From Yuukianura sp. NJ FZ-2021 (Eukaryota): a DNA stretch of 64,000 nucleotides. Both the position numbers and the translations under genes were made by a program. The notes below the pieces were generated by a model, which was not told the origin of the DNA, ran no database searches, and was given only the letters and a program-made list of their open reading frames with translations. Below are positions 1-10,933 of this stretch, piece by piece. Numbering within the stretch: position 1 is the stretch's first letter; the number at the start of each line of letters is the position of its first letter. The DNA lies in assembly GCA_046563655.1 (NCBI GenBank), contig CM102286.1, positions 1,550,001 through 1,614,000 of the forward strand, given 5' to 3'.

Positions 1-1497
1 TTTTAGATACACACTCACGTTTTATAGTCAAAATAAACGTAACGTAATCTTGATTTTTATAACCTTACGTTGTCTTACTGTTAGTTTTTACAACTCAAGT
101 AAAGCTTTAGTTTTTCGGAAATTTTGAATTTTGTTGCAAAATTTTGAAAATGTTGGGTGAAGAATTGTGAGAAACAAATTTAATTTGGAACGGATTTAAT
201 TTCCGAAACAGAAAAGTGTATTTTGTTTGAAACTTTCGTGACTCCACTCAACCAATGTAAATTTTTGTGTTGAAATTCTAGTTTGAAAAAGTGTCAGGTA
301 ATTCATTTGAACATGAAATGGAGGATTTCCTTTTCGTACAAACTTTTTTGACACATTCAATTATCCTCTTTTCCTTCTGGGTTTGCCACTTTTGAGCACC
401 TAAAGTGGAAAGTACAGAAAAAAGTTTTACGTAAAACCAAGCTCTTTTTGAGGAAAGCTTTTTACTACAATTTGTTTTAAATTTTAGCTCAAAAACTTCT
501 TTTTGGACTCTTTTTTCATTACTCTTTTAAAAAGTTTTGCTTACTTTTTTTATTACTTTATCAAAAGGACAAAAAAGTTAACACCTTTTTATGACCAATT
601 TGAAGCAAAAGTTTGAAGGACTTTGTGGATTTGGAGGTAAATGTGCATTTTTTTAAATTGTGCTAAATCCCATTGCGAAAATAAAGGAAGTACAAAACGA
701 CTCGGTAGTAAAATATGTTAATGAAGGTTTAGCACCTACCTTAACTTTTGGCGGCATTTTCAAACTTCCTTCCTCCTTACAAACCGGTTTCCCTCCTTTT
801 CCATTTGACCAAACGACGTTTTTTACTGTCGCAAACTTTGTCCATGACCATGAAACTGATCTTGACAATGAACTTGATCTTGCTTCCTTTTTACACAAAA
901 AAATTGCAAAATTTTGCAATGTAATCGTAGAACATCCAAAAAGTCAATTTGTCTTGCACTCATTCAAGAAAAAACTTGTTCAAATTTGCGAATTTTTGGT
1001 AATTAGCAACTCATCTCATGCGTTTCTTTAAAAGTGACTTAATCGCGTCTGTGCAAACTAAAATTTTGTAATTACTATTTAAACTTACAAATTGAATAAA
1101 TAAAACGTCTTTTTAAATTTGACAAAATTACAGTACATTTTTTTAGAAAAGAAAAATGTAAAGTCACCTACGTCAATTCTTTTTTTAAATGATAAAGTCC
1201 AAGGTCAAAATGTTAAAACTTTTAAATAAAAAAAAGAAATGTAAGGTGCAAACTCCAAAGTTCAGAAAATCAAAAGCAACTTTTTTATGATAAATTAGGT
1301 TTATTCAAATTGTATAACAAAAGTTGTAGTCAGAGCAACTGGTTTTCATGCTAGCAACTTTTTTTTTGATACAATGAAACAAATTTCAGAAAGTGTAAAT
1401 CAAATTTGACACAAAACGAGACCAAGTATGCAGCCAGAGTAATTTTTGAAAAAGTTTGCTTAGGGTGAAATAATTTTTAAAAAAACGAACCAGGAAG

Positions 1498-4212
1498 ATG
1501 AAAAAATCGGATTCGCGTGAAGCGGGAAAACCTGGAACTCCAAAATCACCAGGAAAAAATGAGCCTCGAAAATCCCCGGGAAAAGTTGAAACTCAAAAAT
1601 CGGCGGGAAAAGATGAAGTTCAAAAGTTATCGAGAAAGCGTGACACTCAGGAATCGATGGGAAATGTAGATTGGACAATCCAAATGACGGAACCATTGGA
1701 GGAACTTGAATATGCATCATCTCGGGAGTCAGGTCTTCAACAACGTCTTTTCCAATCTGATGACCATCATCAAATTGATCGAATTCGACGTCTTGCGCAT
1801 GAGCACCGCCTCAACCGGTCAAGATTTCAAAGAGTTCGGGAATGCCACTTTGTTCGCTTCTGGAAACATTTGCCTCATCTCCTCTGGAGTTTTTTCATTG
1901 AAGCTCTGTACATTCCTGCCTATAGATTTGAGTGGGGCAAATTCCGAAATTGGTCATATGAGGAACATGGACGGAGAAACTATGAGTTGGATTCAAAACG
2001 AATCAAGGAAATGGAACAACGGCATGAGCGTCGAAAATTCATTCGAATGCGCCGTCGTGAGGCACAAATAGCAGGTTCGGCTTTGCAGAACAAACATGTC
2101 GGATGTCGACGTGTTCGGCTCAACTGTGCTGGCGTTGTATTTGAATCGCAACTTAGAACTTTGTTACAATTTCCTGATACTTTATTAGGTAAATTTAAAT
2201 TCGGCACACAAAAACTACTTTTCAAAATTCCCGCTCATTTTTGGTCATTTCTTAAACAGGAGATCCTGTTCGACGCATGCGCTACTGGAATCTACAAAAT
2301 GGCGAGTACTTTTTTGATCAAAATCCTGATTGTTTCGAAAGCATTCTTCACTTTTACCAAAGTGGTGGATCAAGGCTCGAGCGGCAAGTTTAAAATTTTC
2401 AAAAAGTTGAATCCAAGGTTTGTCGACTTTGACAGGTTTCTTTCTTTCACAGGTTGGATAATACCTAATGTTATTTTGATTTTGCAACTTTTCATTCATA
2501 ACAATACAGCCAATTTTTTAAAATTGTGCAAATTTTGCACCCAAATTGGTGCCAATTTTTGTTTTGTTTTTTTTTTTATTTTTAAGCGAGGCAGTACTCA
2601 ACCTGTTAAAGAAAATTAACTTTTCCTTGTCAAGCAACCATGGTTAAAACTCTTTTTTGAAAATGCTACTTTTTAATTTTTTTTAAATGTTTAGACCACA
2701 GCACATGTCCATTGAAGCTTTTCGAGAAGAACTGAAGTTTTTTGGGATCAAAGGTCATCGAGCCGAAGAGTTTGCTGAAGAAGTTGGAGATGACGATGAT
2801 CTGTTGGACCGTTCAAATTTGCCGCGCAATTTATTCAAACGCAAACTCTGGCTACTTTTAGAACATCCCAAGAGTTCTGCCCAAGCAAGGCTATTTTCGT
2901 ACTTGTCAATCCTGACCATTGTCCTGTCAACATTCAATTACTGCATCAACACTATGGACATGTTCCGTGGAAGCTACAGTCGAAACATTGAGGTCGTTGA
3001 CATTCGTGACCCCTTGTTTTTCACAGAGACAGTTTGTGTGATCTTCTTTACACTGGAACTGCTTGGACGTCTTTACGCATGCCCAGACAAATTGGAATTT
3101 GTTGTCAGTTTTTCCAACATTGTTGACACAATTGCAATTGTTCCGTTTGTGGTAGAAGTTTGTGTTCTTCTCACGACACAACAAACGGAAGGAAATGAGG
3201 GTATTCGATGTAAGGCTGAATACAACATAAAAATTTTAGTTTTCAAAATTTCGGTTTGTTTACTTTTTTTTATTTTTAAATTGTTTTTTTAGATATTGAA
3301 TTTGAAATTGGAAGTATTCTGGAAGGTTTTCACCGTTTGGCAAAAGTGATAAGTGTATTTCGCATTCTAAAATTATCTCGGTGAGTTTAAAATGAAATTT
3401 CAAAATTTAATTTTTTTAAAATTGACCCGAATAAGTTTTGACTTTATCTTTTTACTTTCTCTTAAGTCGTTCAAAAATTAGTAGATAAATGAGTTGGTGT
3501 AGAAATATTGTTTGATCTTTGACCTCTTTGACTGTTGACATGCTTTGACCTTCGACTTTTGACGTTTTTTGACTTTTTGACCTTTGACCTTTGACCTTTA
3601 GCTACTCATTGGGTCTCCGCATCCTGGGCCAAACTCTGCACGCGTCGTTGCATGAACTTGGTCTTCTAGCTTTCTTTCTATTGGTCGGCGTCATTCTCTT
3701 TTCTTCCGCTCTGTACTTTATCGAAAGTTCGTACAATCCTACGACCAAGTTTTCTTCTATTCCTGGCACTTTCTTCTGGGCAGTTAGCACAATGACCACT
3801 ACTGGATATGACAGAAATGATGAACTGCCGAAGACTGTGGGCGGAAAAGTCATTGGTTCGATTCAACCTAACTCTCTTTTTAAAAAAAAAGTTTGTACTG
3901 AACTTTTAAATGTTAGGTTCGATTTGTGCCATTGCCGGAGTACTGACGCTGTCGCTGCCAGTTCCTGTTGTTGTGGCCAACTTTACTTACTTTTACCACA
4001 GAGGAGTTCAGTTTAAAAAGAAAGTGTTGAACAAAAAGAACAAAGTGAAGAAGAAGAGACATGTCACGGCATGTCCATTTTCACCTACATGTCATGCAGA
4101 TCACTACGACCTTGATGAAGCGCAGACGATGGGCAAAAAGTCACAAGCTGGACTAAAAAGTTATTATGATCGGGCAGCAAAACGACGAGCTTCTGCTAAA
4201 CCCAAAGTTTAA
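1498..4212 (+). CDS. Divergent Shaker/Kv1-family voltage-gated K+ channel subunit (6 exons: 1498-2188, 2260-2383, 2695-3209, 3293-3380, 3602-3855, 3917-4212)
   Basis: The spliced translation gives a T1/BTB domain ([49 protein letters not shown]), [16 protein letters not shown]2 [19 protein letters not shown]3 [12 protein letters not shown]4 [18 protein letters not shown]4-S5 [15 protein letters not shown], pore [21 protein letters not shown] and S6 [26 protein letters not shown]. Frame is preserved across all junctions. Confidence 0.93.
2413..2643 (+). mobile_element. MITE-like element, family A, copy 1 (in Kv intron 2)
   Basis: Ends CCAAGG...CCATGG with inner inverted blocks ACAGGTTGGATAATACCT / AGGCAGTACTCAACCTGT. 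Similar to 6863-7120 and 38822-39085. Confidence 0.7.
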
Positions 4213-4741
4213 ACAATCTTGCCACCATTTTTCAAAAATACATTCGAATCCCGGGTTTTTAAAATAAAAAAAACCCTAAATGTAAAAAAAAATATAGAAA
4301 ATAAATTCATATGCTGATTTTTTAGCATTTGGTGTTCTTATTTCAATAACTTTTAGTTTTTAGGAAGCTAAATTAGTTGAGTAAGGTTAGTAATTATTTT
4401 TAAGTAAGGTGTTTATTGTCATAAGATGAAGTTACTTTCTATAGTTTTTTGCATGTGGTAGAATCTACAAAGTGTCCACATAGCATCAAGTCTTGCAGAG
4501 ATTGAAGAAATTAACGCCATGTGAAGGTTAGGTTATGCTTCGTATTTCCTCAACTGAGGCCAGCGTCAAATCCAGTTGTAATTGCATTTTGTTGGGCGAG
4601 TGGGTCCAACTAATCGTCAGTCTACTGGAAACTGTCCACCGTCATGGACATTCTGGAGTGAGTGTCATGGACATAAGGCAGTAGTTTCAAATTTTTTGCA
4701 ATTTTGAAATTTTGAAAATTTGCAATTTTGAATTAGAGATA

Positions 4742-7700
4742 ATGAAGAGCGGTAAAGAAAAGAGTGCGAAGGGAGAGCGCGGAAGGGGCTCAGTTTGTTG
4801 TCAACTGCGAACGAAGTGGCCAGTGGTGCTCCTCGTTTCTAGTTTTAGTCTATTGTTTTTAATTGTACTGTTCAAATGGGTAGCACTCGACTGGATCATC
4901 AACTACAAAATAGCAGAGGTAAAGCTACTTAAAAAAAATACTTAAAAAAATATTTAACATTTGTAGTTTTGCAAGCTGAGTGTACTAGTTAACTTTTAAG
5001 ATTTTTAAGAGCTGTTGAAAAGTTAAAAGTTTTTAATAACGCGAAAAGTTTTCCCATTTCCATTCATTTCGAATTTCCTTCAACAACATTCCCTCGTAAA
5101 GGGAAAACTGAAATGAGTGGAACCTAAGTTTTTTTTAAATGCATTTTTTTGCAAAAGGAAAGTTTTGAAGTGCTTGCTGATTTCACTTTCCTTTTGATTT
5201 CTTGGAGTTGATGTTTGCTTTGCTGAAATTAACTTCAAAGGCTTTCTAGATTTCATACACCACACAAAAGTTAGTCACCGAAGCATCAAAAATACTTTAG
5301 TCGTCTCTGTTTTCAAAAAGTTGTCATTGTAGGAAAAATTAAAGCGTCTCGCGGGTTAAATTCAAAATAAACAAGCAACAAAAGCCCTAGTTAGTCAAAA
5401 GAACTTTCAGCGTTTGTGAGAAAGTGGTCCTAAAAGTAGATCACGCTTACCGGTTTTAACACTTTCACTTGCAACTGCATCAAACATCAAAGCTTAACAT
5501 TCTTTGTAGGTCGCATCTTTGGAATTCTAAGATCTGTGACCTTTGACTTACTAAGGAAATTATTTTACCGGGTTTTGGAAATCCTTGAATGTAAAACTGA
5601 ACAAAACAGAAATTTTTGAAAAACAAGCGCTGCTTTGTCACTTCTGTTTTTCATTTTTCATTTTTTTTTTCGAATTTTTCATAGTTTTTCGTTATAAAAA
5701 ACCGGAATTGGGTCAAGAAGTGCTCCTTTGCGAGTCCTCAGAAGTGTTGTTCCTAACTACCCTTTTGACTTTGGTTCCATTTACTAAAGGTCACTCTACA
5801 CACATGTTATAGGAGGCCAATCACCAAAACTAATTTACTTTTTAATGTACTTTACAACATAAAGATTAAAGTTCTCGGTAGTCTTTGGAGCAGAAACAGA
5901 AACAAGTTTCGGAAACGAGTAGTTCTTAATCATTCAAACACGCAATTTTTGTGGTCTTTTCCATTTGTGAACTTGACGTGTGTCATGCAACCTATCCATC
6001 TTCATTTCCGCTTTTCAAAAAAAGTGCATTATTAGGTTACCAAGAAAAATGAGACGGAAATTCGGGCAATTTGGGTTTCACATTTTTCATTTCTTGAGTC
6101 TCAAGGTCGCCAAAAATTTTGTCTTTGGCAAATAGACGAGCGTTGTTCAACAAAATTCAGAAAAAAAAATGTTTCCTCTTTTTTTTTTTGTTAAAAAAAT
6201 GAAAAAAGAAACTCTTTAAAAAATGTTTTAACCAATTTTTTTTACTTGTTTGTGTTTCTGACAGTAATTATTTTTCAACATCATTTTAAATCTAACTTTT
6301 CATAACTTAATCCGAATTGTTCTATGTAATATGAAGATGAACGTGTGAAAATTGCCCTCCTCGGAGTGTTGAATCACGTTATCAAATTGTAAATCTGAAA
6401 ATGTACAATTGGATTCATTTGCTAATGAATTACTTTGATTAGATGTGATCTTGAAATGGCTAATTACACATAACAAAGACGCTAACTGCGCAGATGCTTG
6501 TGGCAAGGCAAAGGGCCAGGCATTGCGCATGTCTCCTTCAGAGGTTGGGAACAATTGACAAATCACCAGTTATGTAACGTACGTGTGTCATTCAAATTCC
6601 CAAAGTCAAGTGCACTATTATCTCACAAGGACGCCGGCCGTAGGCGTCATTGACGTCTTCATTGCGCATGAGCAGCAATTAAACATCTCTTCAAAAAGTC
6701 TTTATTTGCTATGTGCATTTCAATGGATGCGACGTAATGTCAACACTTGTTAATTATGGTAGTTGACCTGTCATGACCTTTGTAATTTTAAATGCAAAGT
6801 TTACCGCCGAAGTTTATCGCTGGGTTTTAAACTTCACCAACTCCACCATGCTTTGCTGAATACAAGGTTCCTTGACAACGAAAAGTTAATTTTCTTTAAC
6901 AGGTTGGGTACTACCTCACTTGTTGACAGAGGAAAAAATTGCTTCCAATTTTAATATCAATCCGAAAAATTGCTACCAATTTGTATGCAAAATTTAAAAA
7001 ATACGGCTGTATTGTTGTGAATACGATGCCCTGAAACGAAAAGACACTTTTTTGCAAAATCAAAAAAAACATGAGGTATTACCCAACCTGCTAAGGAAAA
7101 CCAATGTCAACAAACCTTGGCTAAATATTTGTCCTTTGTTGAGTTATTGAAAACGAATTTATTAAAATTAAGAAAAATTGAAAAATTTTGTTAAAATTAA
7201 TTTTTGTTTGTTTTATTTTTTTTAGCAAGTTCGACTCGTACCAGAGTCGAGTACTTGGAACAAATGGCAGAACATTACTGTTCCAATATTCCTCAAATTC
7301 TACTTATTCAATGTTACCAATCCACTGGAAGTCATGAAAGGAGCAAAACCTAGGTTACAGGAAACTGGGCCCTACGTCTACGAGTAACGAAAAATCTTAA
7401 AATTTTCAAAATTTTGACACATTTTTCAAAAAGCATTTACTTTCAACTGTTTCTTGTGTAGAGAGAAGCGAATCAAGACTGTTTTGGGAATTGATGTGGA
7501 GAAAGATACAGTGACATATCGTCAAAAAATTTCATACTACTTTCGCCCTGACCTATCAAAAGGCACGGAACGAGATCGCATCATCCTCATCAACGTTCCA
7601 TTTGTGGTAAAATTTAAAAGAAAGTTAATTAAAATGTTTAACAATAACAATTAATCAGAACCAAAGTCACAGAAATTTGGGCGCAATTGTTTCTATTTGC

Positions 7701-9902
7701 TTTGTTTTTAGTACGTGACACTACGAATGTTTACAAAATTGTTCCCAAGGATTAATTTTTTAAAGAGTATTTCAATATTTCATGCTCTTGACCTTTGGTC
7801 ATCAATCTCTGCCTTCCTGGAAACGCAAATGCGACAAAAGTGTTTTATTTTTTTGCGAATTTAATACCCTATTGTTTCGCTAATGCAAAAAGTAAGTGAT
7901 TGATGAACATGTTTTTAAGTGAACTTATTGTTTTGTTTTTATATAAAGGAGTTTGACACGGATAACTTTTAATTAATTGAAACACGACTAAAACGAAAAC
8001 TATGTGAATTAATCATGCTAGAAATAATTTTTGACACCTCAAGCGCCATGCTAAACAATGAATCATAAATAAGTTTTCAATTGTGAGCAATCTGGATGCG
8101 CAATACTCTAATTGAAAAATTCAGGAAAACAATGCTTTCGGTTTCATTTTTTTGAAAACGAAAATTCAAATAATGTCAATCTTTGTTAATTTTCTTTTTT
8201 GAAGTATATGATTTTGAAAAGTCTGGGAATTTCAGGTGAAATTCAGGTTGGTATGTGCTAACTTTTGAAAATTTTGAATTGCAGAGCACAGCAAAGTTGG
8301 CCCGTCAAATGACGAATTTGACGTTAGCTTACGGGATTGCCGACAGAAGTTTGCGTCAACGTGGTGAACGTTTGTTTACGTTTTACACTGTACGGGAATA
8401 CTTGTTTGACGGATGGCCAGTAGACGCCTATATTTCGTTTCTGTCCAATCCACTCCTGCAATTGGTCGGTGGAGTCAACATTCCGAAAGGATTCAGTAGA
8501 GGGCGTTTTGGATTCTACAAAGATGTAAAGCACAAGGAAATGCGGGAAATTCAAATTCGAAACTTTCGAAATTTTATTGTTTTCTTGTAGAAAAATAATA
8601 CAGACGATGGAGAAATGGTAGTGCGAACAGGAATTACAAATCCAAAGGAATTCGGACGCATCATGAGTTGGAATGGCCAAACAAGACTATCGCACTGGCA
8701 TGGTGCTTGCAATGCCATTAATGGAACTGACGGCTCAATTTTGCCGCCATTTATATCAAAAACCGATGTACTTAGATTTTTCATCCCTGATCTTTGTCGG
8801 TAAGTCGAATTGACGCAACAAGGTCAAAGTTCAAAGTTCAACGCTCAAGTTTCCAAAAATTATAGGTCACTTCTGCTGGTGTTTGGAAACGAAACGGAGT
8901 ACAAAGGAGTGAACGCGTACCGTTTCGTTCCGCCGGATCCGAAACCGATATTTGCCAGTCCCGAGTTTTGTTTCTGCCCGAAAGACACAAAACTGGAATG
9001 CTACAAATCTGGCGTTTTTAGCATGTCACCCTGCAAAGAAAGTAAGATTTGGCAAAAAACGTTAAGTATAACAAAGTACATAATTAAAATACTTAATTAA
9101 AACTTAACTGTAATTAAATTTAAAGAAGCGCCAATCGGCGTCTCAGGTCCGCACTTTCTCCAGGCATGGGAACCTTACCAGAATGCAGTCGAAGGCTTAC
9201 ATCCGGATCCGGATAAGCACGGAACGATATTGGACGTTGAACCGGTACGTTTTGAAAATATTTTGAAAACCGTAAAAAACTTATTTTAAATTTGAATTTT
9301 TGAAATTTAGAAAACCGGTTTGATCATGCGTGGAATTAAACGAGTTCAGTTCAACGTTAAAGTGGAACCAAATCCTCACATGCCCACATTCGCTCGTGTC
9401 CGGAACATGCTATTTCCGGTCATGTGGGTTGAAGAGGTAAAATTCAAAATTTTCAATTAAAAATTTTACAGGCCGTTAATTTTTTTTTTTGAAATTTTAG
9501 TCTGCTGAAGTTACGGATGAAATTTTGGCTGAAATTCGGTCGCAACTCTATGATTCTCTGGATAAGGCTGAAATGGCTTCGGTTGGCGGGCTTTTGGGCT
9601 GTTCAATTTTAATTATCGTTGGAATTGTAGGATGTGTTGTAGCTAGCTGCAATAGTAAGAGCAGGTCAAAGGTCAAAAGTCAAAGTCACTTTGTCGCCAA
9701 TAGCTACATTCACAAGGAAGCATTGACTCGTACAGAAAGTAGTTCCAGCAATGAAACAACTCAGAGTCAAAGTACAACGACCAGCACCAGCAAAGGAACC
9801 ATGACAGACAGCAAAAGTGACAAAAAGCGCACAAGTATTTTTGAACCTTTTGCGTACATCTCAAACAACACAGAAATTAAAGAAAAAGTTTCAAAAATTT
9901 AA
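4742..9902 (+). CDS. CD36 / scavenger receptor class B family protein (9 exons: 4742-4918, 7226-7383, 7462-7606, 8285-8524, 8591-8799, 8866-9041, 9126-9244, 9311-9436, 9501-9902)
   Basis: N-terminal TM segment, then KFYLFNVTNP..GAKPRLQETGPYVY, CNAINGTDGSILPPF, FIPDLCRS, SGPHF, DVEPKTG and LFPVMWVEE. A C-terminal TM segment is followed by a Ser/Thr-rich tail. All GT-AG junctions are in frame. Confidence 0.93.
6863..7120 (-). mobile_element. MITE-like element, family A, copy 2 (in CD36 intron 1, reverse orientation)
   Basis: Termini CAAGGTT...AACCTTGG. Inner inverted pair ACAGGTTGGGTACTACCTCA / TGAGGTATTACCCAACCTG. The interior is the reverse complement of copies 1 and 3. Confidence 0.75.
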
Positions 9903-10933
9903 ATTTTTAAACGCGCAATGTGTAAACCCGCCATATTCTAAAACTGCTTGTTATTTACTTTAAAACTATTGTTACTTTTCGAATTCACAATAAATTATAC
10001 TAAATCGATTTCAAAGGGATAACTCGTGTATCGTGTCTAAAAACGTGTGAAATTTTTGGGAATTGAAAATTTCTCAATTTTTTACCAAATTCAAAATATT
10101 TCAACACAAATTCTCAGAAGACCAATTTTGAAAAGTAATGCTTAGTCAACTTTAACTAAAAAAACCACAACTTGGATGCCTTTGCTTGTGAACTGTGGCA
10201 GAAGAGATCAAGCGAAATAACTTTTTGGTTCAAAGTGAAATGATATTTTGATGGGAGAAATTTTTCGAAAATTCTCAAAATCGAGGATGAAACAAAATTC
10301 GAGTTTTGTAAAATTCTGTTCATAAATTAAAAGTCACATTTAAAATGTATTAAAAACTTATCTTATTACCACTATAGGCAGAAGCTATTCAATGATTTGC
10401 CTCTTTGCAAATGAAAACCAAAACGCAAAAGTTTTTTTTAATCCAAACTTCTATTTTTTAAGTTTCGTTTTTGTTATGGTTTGAACTAAAGTTGAAAAAA
10501 TGGGGGGATTTAGGGTTGAAGAGACATCGTGAGACTTTTGAATCAAACCGCCCATGATTGCACAATTTCCAAAAACACAAGCATTAACTCTGTTGAGCAA
10601 AAAATAGCGAAGCGCAAAGATGTCAATTTTATTGAATCGTCACAGAGTATGGAGGATTTAAACTTAAATGGGATTATCTACACTTTCGATTTTTGGGAAC
10701 AATCACTTTAGTCACTTCCAAGTCGTTGAAGCATCAACTACTCCTTTCAACTACGTCTCGAAATTTTATATACAAAAATATCTTATTCTACATAATATAA
10801 AATAAATTCAAACAACATTTTCATACATTCAAAAGTTCCAAATTCAAATTATGACAATTTTCATACAAAACTAATAACTTCAAATTCAAACTGCTGAATT
10901 TTCAAAGTTTTTACAAAACTTCAAACGGCTACA

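Noticed and set aside
653..1031. Overlapping ORFs of 88 and 123 aa upstream of the Kv gene
   Set aside because: No recognisable domain and no convincing spliced model. May be UTR or chance ORFs.
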